In this document: piece by piece, positions 19,270 through 28,382 of the stretch
How positions within the stretch are numbered: position 1 is the stretch's first letter
Layout of the letters: each line of letters begins with the position of its first letter
Virus record (IMG/VR): IMGVR_UViG_3300016471_000620
Span: 1-56,260 of that record
Length of the DNA: 56,260 nucleotides
Source of the DNA: a virus
Taxonomy: Duplodnaviria; Caudoviricetes
Reading direction: 5' to 3' (one strand)
Made by a program: the position numbers and the translations under genes
The notes under the pieces: generated by a model
Told to the model about the DNA's origin: nothing
Seen by the model: the letters and a program-made list of their open reading frames with translations, nothing else
Database searches by the model: none

Positions 19270-19745
19270 ACTCTGCCCACGCGGCCGCAGCCTGGGCGGC
19301 CATTCAACGCCGCAGGAAGCGGCCAATTGCGATCGTCAACGGCTGCTTCGACGGGCTGCACGTCGGGCATCTGGAGCTGCTCAGGCAGGCTCAGACGCCG
19401 CGGAACGGGGAGGACCTGGTCTACTCCGTGCTGGTCTGCATCGACAGCGACAGACGCGTCGCGTTCCTGAAGGGATCGGACCGTCCGATCTTCCCGCAGG
19501 CGGAACGCGTCGCGATGCTGGAGGCGTGCCGCTACGTGGATCGCGTGGAGGTGTTCGAGTCGCCGGGCGAGCTGCGGGAGATCGTCGAGGCCGTGGCCCC
19601 GACCTGGATCGTCCGCGGCCAGGAAGAGCGAGGCCGAAAACCGGTCTGGTGCGAAGAGCTGGCGACGCGAGGCGTGCTGTGGGTGCAGACCCCGCCTGTG
19701 CACACCAGCGACATCGTGCAGAGGGTGCTGGATCGGCAGATTTGA
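19254..19745 (+). CDS. hldC: HldE/RfaE domain II-like nucleotidyltransferase (ADP-heptose synthase)
   Basis: NGCFDGLHVGH, DSD..V..LKGSDRP, ER..ML.A...VD.V, HTS.IV. Confidence 0.85.
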   Translation: MSGRIDSAHAAAAWAAIQRRRKRPIAIVNGCFDGLHVGHLELLRQAQTPRNGEDLVYSVLVCIDSDRRVAFLKGSDRPIFPQAERVAMLEACRYVDRVEVFESPGELREIVEAVAPTWIVRGQEERGRKPVWCEELATRGVLWVQTPPVHTSDIVQRVLDRQI

Positions 19746-19753
19746 GGCAGAGG

Positions 19754-19881
19754 TTGCAACACTGCCGGTCCGGTCGGTAGGATTGAGACCGTCCTTGCCA
19801 GACACCCGTACAACTTGATCCACCGGGGCGACCCGGCACAGCCCGCTCGTATTGTCTGGCAAGGCGCGAGCGGGCTGTTTT
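19754..19881 (+). ncRNA. Short promoter-to-terminator RNA whose terminator loop is complementary to its 5' end
   Basis: TTGCAA-18-TAGGAT; CCTTGCCAGACA (19793-19804) pairs with TGTCTGGCAAGG (19853-19864) in the loop of a 13-bp stem followed by Ts. Confidence 0.5.
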
Positions 19882-20150
19882 CTGCGCTGTCACTCGATGA
19901 AAATCGCGGTCGTAAAACACAAATCTGCCGGGGCCGACTGCATCCGGCCTGCGCGTCGAGTGGCGTCTTGTTGGCGACGGGAATCACCAGCCCGAACCGG
20001 GCACAGTCAACTCAAATCCACGCTCTCGCCTCCCCTGCGACCGTGGGCCTTGCCGCTGCGCACACTCCCGCAGCCTCATCGCGACTGACTCCGGACAAGA
20101 CGCAGACGGCGTAAACGCCTACGGCAAGGCGTAATGGGGGTGCTGCGCGC

Positions 20151-20333
20151 TCAGTTGGTCGACGTTCCTGGGTGGGGCGTGTTGAGCCGGCGACGGATCG
20201 ACGCCAGGCGTTCGGCTTCGGCTTGCTGCTCCGGCGTCGTCTCCTTCCCGCACCGGGCGCAAAGCCACTTCAGCCCGACCTTCTGGGCGAGCACACAACC
20301 GCAATGCACACAGAGCTTTGTGCCGATCTGCAT
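20151..20333 (-). CDS. Small zinc-ribbon protein
   Basis: CVHC...CARC. Confidence 0.45.
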   Translation of the reverse strand: MQIGTKLCVHCGCVLAQKVGLKWLCARCGKETTPEQQAEAERLASIRRRLNTPHPGTSTN

Positions 20334-20407
20334 TGCCTGATGCTACTCGGGCTGGTGGGCGCACGCGACTTTTTCTGGAAAAATATGGAAAAGTTGTCGA
20401 TCTAGCA

Positions 20408-20437
20408 TTGAACTGAATCATACACGTGTGTATGATT
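20408..20437 (+). promoter_or_regulatory. Sigma70 promoter with palindromic operator, site 1
   Basis: TTGAAC-17-TATGAT; AATCATACAC-GT-GTGTATGATT. Confidence 0.8.
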
Positions 20438-20492
20438 TGGTCATGCGGGGGCGATTGACGCAGCCGCCGAACACCAGACCTGGGAGCCTGAC

Positions 20493-20702
20493 ATGACCGG
20501 AACTGAAATCAACCTGAAGCTGAACGAGATCCTTCACCGCGGACTGGGGCTGTGCCACCCGACTGAGGCCGAGCTCCGGAAGCTCGGACGCGATCTGCGG
20601 GCCATCGCCCGGGCTGGCAATGAGCTGGATCGCGACGCAGTGGATCGCGTCCGGAAGATGATCATTCACCAAAAGGGATCTCGGGCGGCACAGTACCTGT
20701 AG
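20493..20702 (+). CDS. Hypothetical protein
   Basis: GGGAG RBS; downstream of operator site 1; followed by a GC hairpin. Confidence 0.6.
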   Translation: MTGTEINLKLNEILHRGLGLCHPTEAELRKLGRDLRAIARAGNELDRDAVDRVRKMIIHQKGSRAAQYL

Positions 20703-20774
20703 TTCGACAGACACCCGCCCCGGTCGATCAGCCGGGGCGGATTCCAAGAAAAACAAAAAAATCCAGATTGAGAG

Positions 20775-20805
20775 TTGACTCGAATCATACGCAAGTGTAT
20801 GATTC
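20775..20805 (+). promoter_or_regulatory. Sigma70 promoter with palindromic operator, site 2
   Basis: TTGACT-17-TATGAT; GAATCATACGC-AA-GTGTATGATTC. Confidence 0.8.
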
Positions 20806-20876
20806 ATCCATGCGACGGCCAGTGCGGCCAAGCAACATCCACCTCGGCCAGAACGGCCGGCCCAATGGAGATTCCA

Positions 20877-21461
20877 ATGTCGATCACAATTGAAGTCAAG
20901 GGTGCCCGGGTTTACTTCATCGGCAACACTTTCAGCGTCAAGGACGCGATCAAGGCCCTTGGCGGGCACTGGGATTCAGATAAAAAGGCATGGTGGGTCG
21001 GAAAGGCGAAGCTGGAGGCGGCCCAGAAGCTGGCCGCTGGCATCGCCAGCGGAGATGTCAAGGCAGTGGAAGATGACGATCCCCGGATCGTCGCCAAGTG
21101 CAAGTACAAGGGCAAGACGTACTTTGCCAGGTGGGTCGGGCGGACGCAGTCCGGGGCCGAGAAGGCCCACCTGTTCAGCTTCGACGGCAAGATCAACTTC
21201 TGGGCCACTCTTGGCGGGGACGGGAGCGGAGAAACCGCCGCCGTCATCAAGCGGTACCAGCCCCTGTCATCCGGCGGCCGGGAGGAATACCAGCGGCTGT
21301 CTTCGATCCGTAAGTTCGTCGAAAAGCTCAAGACCGAGACCCCGGAGCAGGCCGGCGAGCGGGCGGCGATCCGGGAGTGCGGCGGGCGCTGCCGGTGCAG
21401 CCGGCCCACCGATGAAGGCGACGGTACCTGCATGATTTGCGGGTACGCGATCGTCGGGTAG
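20877..21461 (+). CDS. Hypothetical protein with a C-terminal Cys cluster
   Basis: GNTF..KD.IKALGG.WD...KAWW motif; ends CRC...CMICG; followed by a GC hairpin. Confidence 0.7.
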   Translation: MSITIEVKGARVYFIGNTFSVKDAIKALGGHWDSDKKAWWVGKAKLEAAQKLAAGIASGDVKAVEDDDPRIVAKCKYKGKTYFARWVGRTQSGAEKAHLFSFDGKINFWATLGGDGSGETAAVIKRYQPLSSGGREEYQRLSSIRKFVEKLKTETPEQAGERAAIRECGGRCRCSRPTDEGDGTCMICGYAIVG

Positions 21462-21859
21462 TGTTGAAGTGTGGCCGCCCCCCGGACCAATCCGGGGGGC
21501 GGGGTGCGGCAGAGGTATCCCAGGCCCTGCGGGGCCGCAATTTTCTGGAGTCAGAGCATGTTTCAGGCAGCGATTTTGGCGCACGTTGTGCCGCACTGGG
21601 CTACCCCCAAGACCTCTGCGCATGGCGGAAAGGGAGATGTCTCGTTCGGCATCGTGTTGATGGCGGCAGCCATTGTGGCGTGGGCGGCTGCTCGGTTAGC
21701 GGCGAGACGAGTGAAGTAGTGTGCGTCCTTCCGCGGGCCGGCCGGGAGGTGAGAGACCCGGTCGGCACAAGTCCCCCCTGTCGGATCGTTTCCGGCAGGG
21801 GGGCAATTCAAACAGCGTTTACCCGGCCGCCCATTGGGTGGCCTCAAATGGAGAGTACC

Positions 21860-22750
21860 ATGAGCGAAATGAATCCCACTGTTTCGGCGGAAGTTCCTGC
21901 GGTCGTGGCCCGTGCACTGGCCGCGGGCGAGCGATTTTGGATTACCGACGACACCCTGTCGGCGGACCGGAGCCGTGTCCGCAGGGTGTTCTGGTTGGAG
22001 ATTGAGGGGGAGATGCGGGGGTGGGCCGGAGTGGCCCACTTCTGGGCTGGAACGACCTGGCTGGGCTGCCCACAGCCGGTGCAAGGGCTGCCGGAGTGGC
22101 TTGTCCCGCTCCTGTCGCAGCAGCAGCGGATGATCGACGCGCCGGCCCGCCCGGAAGACCCGAGCGAGTGCATGCGTCTGTCGGACGCGGTGTCGATCCT
22201 GGTGGCCCGCGGCGTCCCTGCCGAGGCAGCCCGAGACGTGGCCCATCGGTGGAGCGCACGTCGCGCCGAACTCCGGAAGGAGCAGGTCTGGGACGACGTC
22301 ATCGCGTACGTGTGGGCGGCCCGAGGGGGCCGCTCCGACTACATGGTCGACAACGTCGAGATCTGGGCCGTGCTGGCCGCGGAGATCTCCGGAGTCGGTG
22401 GATCGGACGACCCCATCGAGACCAAGGGGTGCGGAGAGCGGCATCCCGCTCTCAAGTGTCACCCCAAGAAAACCAGCCCAGCCGGAGAGGCGACAACCGC
22501 AGCAGTTGAACGGGCATGGGCTGAGGCTGGTAGCTGGAATATCGTGTGGGTCCCGCAGACAAACGGAGACTTGGGGGCACGCCGAAGCGATGGCCCCGTG
22601 TTCTGCGTCACGGAGTTGATCCCGCCACGTTGGCGGGCGAAGCTGGCTGCCGACATGATCGCAGGTGGCGCGACCGGCGAGGACGCCCGGGCGTGGGGCG
22701 AGGTGTACTTGGTGGCGAGGGCGGATTACCATCGAAGGGAGTCGGCGTAA
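21860..22750 (+). CDS. Hypothetical protein
   Basis: GGAGA RBS; long ORF. Confidence 0.55.
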   Translation: MSEMNPTVSAEVPAVVARALAAGERFWITDDTLSADRSRVRRVFWLEIEGEMRGWAGVAHFWAGTTWLGCPQPVQGLPEWLVPLLSQQQRMIDAPARPEDPSECMRLSDAVSILVARGVPAEAARDVAHRWSARRAELRKEQVWDDVIAYVWAARGGRSDYMVDNVEIWAVLAAEISGVGGSDDPIETKGCGERHPALKCHPKKTSPAGEATTAAVERAWAEAGSWNIVWVPQTNGDLGARRSDGPVFCVTELIPPRWRAKLAADMIAGGATGEDARAWGEVYLVARADYHRRESA

Positions 22751-22788
22751 CATCAACCCCATTGGGAAGCCCAGCCCGGAGAGTAAAA

Positions 22789-23139
22789 GTGATTGCGATT
22801 CGATTCTTGACCTTGGCGGCGCTGTCGCTGCCGGCGGTGATGGCCGCGACAGCGGCCCGAACGCCGCATCCTCTGCGGCAGCGAGTGCCACGTGAACGGC
22901 CCGTGATCAGCGTCGTTGCTGACGCGGCCGCAGCCTCTCCGCCAGTTCGGGTGGCGACCTACCCAGTACCGACTGGACGCTACGGGGCATCAGGCAGGGC
23001 GGTCCTGTTGGGAGTCCCAAATGCACCGCACCGCTGGCTCGGGCCGGACGCAGCCACGGTTGACAAGTATCGGGCCGAGACCGGCCGCAACTGGTGGGAC
23101 GACTTCGGGGCACCGAAGCCGCCATCGACATTCCCCTGA
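22789..23139 (+). CDS. Hypothetical protein with a signal-peptide-like N-terminus
   Basis: GGAGA RBS, GTG start, IAIRFLTLAALSLPAVMAATAA. Confidence 0.45.
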   Translation: MIAIRFLTLAALSLPAVMAATAARTPHPLRQRVPRERPVISVVADAAAASPPVRVATYPVPTGRYGASGRAVLLGVPNAPHRWLGPDAATVDKYRAETGRNWWDDFGAPKPPSTFP

Positions 23140-23293
23140 GTCGCTGCCGGATTGCAGACATCCGGCAGGGTTGATTAATTTTCCGAAGCCGCCGGCGCGG
23201 CCCAATTGGAGCAGGAAACTCCTGCGTTGCGATCGCTTTCCGCGCCGTCGGCTGATTTTTCCCCGCGAGTCCCGCGGGCCACATGGAGGCACA

Positions 23294-24073
23294 GTGTCAG
23301 ATCAAGAGGGAATGCTGGCCCAGGCCAGACTGATGTCACCCGAGTCGATCCGGCTACCGGACCGCATGGAGCGAGCGATCCAGATCGCTTCCAGCGGGAT
23401 GGTCACTGGGTCCGAAAAGCACGGATTCCTGATTCAATCCAGCAGCGGCCATCGGCACTACCGCGTCAATCGCGGGGTGTGCAACTGCCCGGACGAGTCA
23501 CCACGGTGCAAGCACGTGCTGGCCGTGGAGATGCTGCTGCGGTACGCCGACCACCTCGCCCAGCGGCTCGGGTGCGACCCTCCGGGAAGGGTGGAAGACA
23601 TCCCCGCATTGGAGGCGGAGTGGGAGTCACTCCTGCGCGAGTGTGCAGGATACAAGCCACCGCAGCCTGGGATGCTGTTCGGGTTCGGGCTGGAGGCCGT
23701 CCGGGACGACATGGCCCAGGACGACATCGACCGGGAAAAGTACACCGGGGTGCGATACCCAGCCGCGATCCGCACGCCAATCCCGTGGGTGGCGCAGATT
23801 CTCGGGCTCTGCCCGCAGTACGAGTTCCGACGTCAGTTCCTGCGGGGCAAGAAGGACTACCGCAAGGCCGACAAGCGGTTTCGGCGGGGGGTGTGGGTGT
23901 ACTGGCAGTTGCCGGCGGGCCTGTACGAGGCGCAGGAGGTTGAACCTGCCCACCCTCGCCCGGTCGGCAACAGGTTCTTTTTTCGAGTCGAAAACCAGTC
24001 TATCCGACGCATAAGCCGGAAGGAGGTGATCGCATGCCTGCGGCAAGGAAGCGGAAGCAGCAGTCACTCCTGA
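23294..24073 (+). CDS. SWIM zinc-finger protein fused to a second phage domain
   Basis: GGAGG RBS; Y.V....CNCPD....CKH; C-terminal PWVAQI.G...RQFL.G..DY...RGV domain. Confidence 0.7.
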   Translation: MSDQEGMLAQARLMSPESIRLPDRMERAIQIASSGMVTGSEKHGFLIQSSSGHRHYRVNRGVCNCPDESPRCKHVLAVEMLLRYADHLAQRLGCDPPGRVEDIPALEAEWESLLRECAGYKPPQPGMLFGFGLEAVRDDMAQDDIDREKYTGVRYPAAIRTPIPWVAQILGLCPQYEFRRQFLRGKKDYRKADKRFRRGVWVYWQLPAGLYEAQEVEPAHPRPVGNRFFFRVENQSIRRISRKEVIACLRQGSGSSSHS

Positions 24074-25275
24074 AGGTCAATCTCGGGATGGACGTGCTGA
24101 CCGCCGCACGCCAGCGGATCGCCACTGTTTTCGATGCGTTTCCCCGCATCTACGTCAGCTTCAGCGGGGGGAAGGATTCGGCGGCGATGCTCCATCTGGT
24201 GATGGAAGAGGCAGTCGCCCGAGGCAGGAAGGTGGGCGTGCTGTTTGTTGACTGGGAAGCCCAGTACGAATTGACCATTGCCCACGTCGCCGAGTGCCTG
24301 GAAATGTATCGCGACAACGTCGAGGTGCTTTGGTCCTGCCTGCCCCTGAAGACCACGAACGCCTGCAGCCAGCACGAGCCAGAGTGGATCTGCTGGCAGC
24401 CGGAAAAGCGTGCCATCTGGGTGCGGCAGATCCCGGAGCAGGCCACGATGACGAGCGACAATCCGCCCTCGTTTTACCGCGATCTGATGACTTTCGAGGA
24501 ATTCGTGCCGGCGGTCTCGCACTGGTACGGGCAAGGCCAGCCAGTGGCCTGTTTCGTGGGGATTCGGTCGGACGAGTCCCTCAACCGGTTTCGGTCATTT
24601 CGCCGCATCAAGTCTCGCTGGCAGGACCGCTGCTGGACGACCTGGCTGGGTCAGCACGCGTACAACGCGTACCCGATCTACGACTGGAAGACCGAAGACG
24701 TCTGGACGTATTTCGGCCGCTCCGGAAAGCCGTACAACAGGCTCTACGACCTGATGCACAAGGCCGGCTTGTCGATCCACCAGCAGCGCATCTGCGAGCC
24801 CTACGGGGACGAGCAACGGAAGGGGCTGTGGCTCTACCACTTGGTCGAGCCGAAGACGTGGACACGCATTGTCCAGCGGGTCGCGGGGGTCAACTCGGGG
24901 AGCCTCTACGCCAAAGAGCGGGGCAACATCCTCGGCAATCAGCGGATCGACCTGCCGAAGGGCCACACGTGGAAGAGCTACGCCAGATTCCTGCTGGACA
25001 CGATGCCCGGCCCCACGGCTGAGCATTACCGGACCAAGATCGCCAGGTACGTCAACTACTGCACGGGGGCCCTCGGGTATCTCGGTGACATCCCCGACCA
25101 CGCTGACGGTGATACCGGGGGGAAGGACATCCCCAGTTGGCGTCGCGTGTGTCGGTGCCTGCTCCGGAACGACTACTGGTGCTATTCGCTCTCGTTCAGC
25201 GCGACGAAGTCCGCCGCGTACGAGAAGTACATGCAGCTCATGAAGATACGCCGCAACAAGTGGGGGATCATGTGA
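24034..25275 (+). CDS. PAPS-reductase-like/DUF3440 protein (IbrA/YbdN family)
   Basis: PP-loop SFSGGKDS, VGIRSDES..R, YPIYDW...DVW, RICEPYG, PSWRR.C..LL.NDYWC..LSF. Confidence 0.9.
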   Translation: MPAARKRKQQSLLKVNLGMDVLTAARQRIATVFDAFPRIYVSFSGGKDSAAMLHLVMEEAVARGRKVGVLFVDWEAQYELTIAHVAECLEMYRDNVEVLWSCLPLKTTNACSQHEPEWICWQPEKRAIWVRQIPEQATMTSDNPPSFYRDLMTFEEFVPAVSHWYGQGQPVACFVGIRSDESLNRFRSFRRIKSRWQDRCWTTWLGQHAYNAYPIYDWKTEDVWTYFGRSGKPYNRLYDLMHKAGLSIHQQRICEPYGDEQRKGLWLYHLVEPKTWTRIVQRVAGVNSGSLYAKERGNILGNQRIDLPKGHTWKSYARFLLDTMPGPTAEHYRTKIARYVNYCTGALGYLGDIPDHADGDTGGKDIPSWRRVCRCLLRNDYWCYSLSFSATKSAAYEKYMQLMKIRRNKWGIM

Positions 25276-25691
25276 AATTCACGATTGACCAACTGCCGCA
25301 CACAGAAGCCAAACTGTGGCCGATGATTGGCCCCATTGTCACGTCGAGAGAGGTCCACAAGGAACTCGGCGGGGCGATGTTCAGCGACGTCCGCACTATG
25401 TGGTGGGTAGCCCACGAAGGACCTGTGGTCCTGGGCTGCTGCTGTGCCCGGGTGACAGACAAGGGTATCTGGATCGACAACGCGTATGTCGTGAAGGAAA
25501 GCCGCAAAAAAGGCGTGCACGCGGCGCTGTGCGTGGCACGCGAAAAGTGGATCGAGAAACAACAGCCATCCACAATCCTGGTGTGCTGCCGGGCCTCTCG
25601 GTGGCCCCATTTTGAAAAGCGGGGATTCATCTTGAAGTCAACCCGGGGAAGCTGGAAATACGCGGAGAAGCCATGCCAGAAGAGCGAGTGA
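25272..25691 (+). CDS. GNAT-family acetyltransferase
   Basis: GTG start overlapping the upstream stop; IDNAYV...R.KG motif A; F.KRGF. Confidence 0.7.
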   Translation: MKFTIDQLPHTEAKLWPMIGPIVTSREVHKELGGAMFSDVRTMWWVAHEGPVVLGCCCARVTDKGIWIDNAYVVKESRKKGVHAALCVAREKWIEKQQPSTILVCCRASRWPHFEKRGFILKSTRGSWKYAEKPCQKSE

Positions 25692-26317
25692 CGCAAGTCG
25701 TGCGCGAGTGCACGGCGCAGTTCGGGCTGCTGGCCGAACTGGAAGAACAGGACCGGATCGATGCGATCAACCAGATCCGACTGGCCCTGCACGCGGTGAG
25801 CCCGATGAGTGGCGAGCCAGTGGACTGCGTGCTGTGGGTACGGTCCGAAGAGGTGACCGCCAACGACTACAACCCAAACACTGTCGCGCCCCCCGAGATG
25901 GAGCTCCTGAGGCTCTCAATCGAGGCGGACGGGTACACGCAGCCGATCGTCACCTTCCCGGAGGGCGCGACCCGAACGACCGTCGACGGGTTCCACCGAG
26001 GGCGAGTGGGAAAGGAGTGCGAAAGCATCCGAACGCGGGTGAAGGGCCGGCTGCCTGTCACCACAATCCGCCCCGACCGAGAAGAGCGAAACAACCGCAT
26101 CGCGTCCACGATCCGCCACAACCGCGCCCGCGGGAAGCACGGGGTGGAAGCCATGTCGCAGATCGTGATGGAGCTCACGCGACGCAATTGGAGCGAGGAA
26201 CGCATTGCGAAAGAGCTGGGCATGGATGCCGACGAAGTGCTGCGATTGAGGCAGGTGACTGGCCTCGCAGAGATGTTCAAGCACCGCGAATTCAGCGAAG
26301 CATGGGAGACTGTCTGA
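25673..26317 (+). CDS. ParB/Srx-domain protein (IbrB/YbdM family)
   Basis: ANDYNPN.VAPPEM.LL..SI..DGYTQPIV, VDGFHR, ASTIRHNRARGKH. Confidence 0.9.
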   Translation: MPEERVTQVVRECTAQFGLLAELEEQDRIDAINQIRLALHAVSPMSGEPVDCVLWVRSEEVTANDYNPNTVAPPEMELLRLSIEADGYTQPIVTFPEGATRTTVDGFHRGRVGKECESIRTRVKGRLPVTTIRPDREERNNRIASTIRHNRARGKHGVEAMSQIVMELTRRNWSEERIAKELGMDADEVLRLRQVTGLAEMFKHREFSEAWETV

Positions 26318-26724
26318 TGCCCCTGTACCACTTGTCCAACGCCCAGAGGAAGGCACTGCTGGTCAACGGCCAGCCGATCATTCTGGCGCTGCCGATCCCC
26401 GCCAGCAGCGACCCGGAAGACCGCGGCGATTTGCTGGCATGGGCCCGGGCGCAGCTCCCGCAGGACGTTCGGATGTTGGCGAGGCAGGCGCATTGCGATC
26501 TGGTGACAGTCGCTCCAAAGCTCTCTGGGGGCCGCGCCAACCTCACGGAGGTGCTGGGTGACATTCTCACTGGGGAGGTCCCTCCGGACGTCTACACGAT
26601 CGCGATTGACGCGTGCCTGGTCACGTTACGGCCGCAGAGCGAGCGACGGGGCACATCGCCACGCCCGCAGTGGCCGCTGAACGTCATCCACGGCGGGAAG
26701 CCGCTGATCGACAGGGACGCTTGA
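26317..26724 (+). CDS. Hypothetical protein
   Basis: TGATG coupling to the ParB-like gene. Confidence 0.55.
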   Translation: MPLYHLSNAQRKALLVNGQPIILALPIPASSDPEDRGDLLAWARAQLPQDVRMLARQAHCDLVTVAPKLSGGRANLTEVLGDILTGEVPPDVYTIAIDACLVTLRPQSERRGTSPRPQWPLNVIHGGKPLIDRDA

Positions 26725-26858
26725 TTCGGGTCTGCCTGCCCGTATACTGTTGTCCTGTACAGTCCGGCAGTCGTCCGGACGCGGAAGCCGGCCCCCGGAA
26801 CCAAGGGGAGAAGTAGGATCCTCCCTGGTCGGCAGGTCCCAATTGATAGGGACGACAG

Positions 26859-27101
26859 ATGAGCAAGTACAAGGCAAATGGGCGGCAGGTGGTGGTTGTC
26901 GACGGAGGCAAAGTCGTGTGGCAGGGAGAGGACCCGGCGTTGGGCTGGCAGTACGCGCAAGGGAGAGGCTCGGGAGTGGTCTATCGCGAGTGGCGGCCAT
27001 TTCAACCCGAGTCTCCCGAAGTGTCCCCCGAAGCCGCCCAGCGGCGGGTGACACAGGCCCCGGTGGCCCAGCGAAGTGCCCCAGAAATGCCGCTGTCGTG
27101 A
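26859..27101 (+). CDS. Hypothetical protein
   Basis: Short ORF after the possible promoter TTGATT-16-TATACT. Confidence 0.45.
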   Translation: MSKYKANGRQVVVVDGGKVVWQGEDPALGWQYAQGRGSGVVYREWRPFQPESPEVSPEAAQRRVTQAPVAQRSAPEMPLS

Positions 27102-27122
27102 TGGAACTGTGATGGATCTGCG

Positions 27123-27175
27123 TGGGGCCGGGGGGATTATGAGTCCCCTGCTCTAACCGATTGAGCTACGGCCCC
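27123..27175 (-). mobile_element. Putative attP: tRNA-Ile2(CAT)-like sequence lacking the variable loop and T arm
   Basis: Minus strand reads GGGGCCG TA GCTC AATCGGTTA GAGC A GGGGA CTCATAA TCCCC C CGGCCCC A; overlaps the integrase stop. Confidence 0.8.
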
Positions 27176-28382
27176 GCGACGCTGTGTCCCCTCCCGAGTC
27201 CCCTGTTATGCCCTGCGCTGCTGCGTGGGCGTCCCAGAGGATCCGGCAGGTCTCGTCCGCGTCGAGTTCGACGTAGTACCTGAGCGTCGTCTCGATGCGT
27301 TCGTGCCTCATCAGGACCTGCAGGATCTGAGGCAGCACTCGCTTCGCCCATCGCGTTCCGAATGATCTTCTCAAGTCGTGCGCGGATGCGTATTTCGGGA
27401 GGCGTTCGCCGTTGGTCCCGCGGCGGTTTGACTGCGCGACGATCACGCCGGCGGCCTGGCCGATCTGCGTCACTACCCGGGATACGCTGGTCGGGTGCGG
27501 CCGCGAGTCTCGTTCTCGCTGTCGAGGCAAATCGAACACCAGTCCCTGGCGTCTGTCAGACGGGACCTGCCTGAGGAACTCCGCGAACTCTGGGGCCATC
27601 GGCAACAGCCGGTCGCGGTGGCCCTTCTCGCTCTCGGCAGGCACGCGAAACAGCGGGAAGTGGCCATCCATGTCGACGCGCATCCCGGAGAGTGAATCCC
27701 ACGTGAGCCCCAGCGATTCGTCCAATCGCAGCCCGGAAAGCCAGAGCGAACGCAAGTAGAACTCCCACCCTGCCGCCCGGGCTGGTCCCACAACGCTCGG
27801 AATGGCCCCCAGCATCGCCGCGAACTCCGCCTCAGTGATTGGACGGCCTTTCATCAGGCGGGCCTTCTGGCCCGTCTTGGCGCGTTTCACGACCGGGAAT
27901 TTCGGGATCTCGTGCAGGTATCCCAGGTCGACCGCGAACCGAAGTGCCGCGTGCAGATGCTTCGCGTAGCTGTTGATGGTCGATTCGGCACGCCCCCCCG
28001 CCCGAAGCTCCGCAAGCCACTGGGCCACGCGAGCCGAAGTGACCCCCGCCAGTGTCTGAGGCCGCATGAGCGCGTCGACCGAATCGAGGATCGTTGACGC
28101 CTTGTTTTCGGTGGCCTGCGCCAGCCCGCTCAGCGACTGCCGAAGATATCGCACGCGAAACTCCGCCCACGGGAGTGACCCGTCGGGCCTCACCACGGAG
28201 CTCGCCAGCTCTTGTTCCCAGCGGGCTGCCTCACGCTCCGCCTCTCGTCTGACTGCCGTTCCGGTCGACCTGGTGCGCTCTTCCCCGGTCTGGCTGTTGC
28301 GGCAGCGCATGTACCAGTATTTGCGGCCCGCCTTGCGGAGCAGCAGCACGCGCGGAGCGGTTTGTCGGCGGCGAGGGCACAT
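27153..28382 (-). CDS. int: Tyrosine integrase
   Basis: N-terminal arm-binding-like region (YWYMR...STGT), SGLRLDE, HDLRRSFG, LMRH..I.TT..YY. Confidence 0.95.
   Translation of the reverse strand: MCPRRRQTAPRVLLLRKAGRKYWYMRCRNSQTGEERTRSTGTAVRREAEREAARWEQELASSVVRPDGSLPWAEFRVRYLRQSLSGLAQATENKASTILDSVDALMRPQTLAGVTSARVAQWLAELRAGGRAESTINSYAKHLHAALRFAVDLGYLHEIPKFPVVKRAKTGQKARLMKGRPITEAEFAAMLGAIPSVVGPARAAGWEFYLRSLWLSGLRLDESLGLTWDSLSGMRVDMDGHFPLFRVPAESEKGHRDRLLPMAPEFAEFLRQVPSDRRQGLVFDLPRQRERDSRPHPTSVSRVVTQIGQAAGVIVAQSNRRGTNGERLPKYASAHDLRRSFGTRWAKRVLPQILQVLMRHERIETTLRYYVELDADETCRILWDAHAAAQGITGDSGGDTASRGRSSIG

Noticed and set aside
19815-20114. ORFs 19815-20114 and 19852-20088
   Set aside because: No RBS or recognisable motifs, and they overlap a terminator-like structure.
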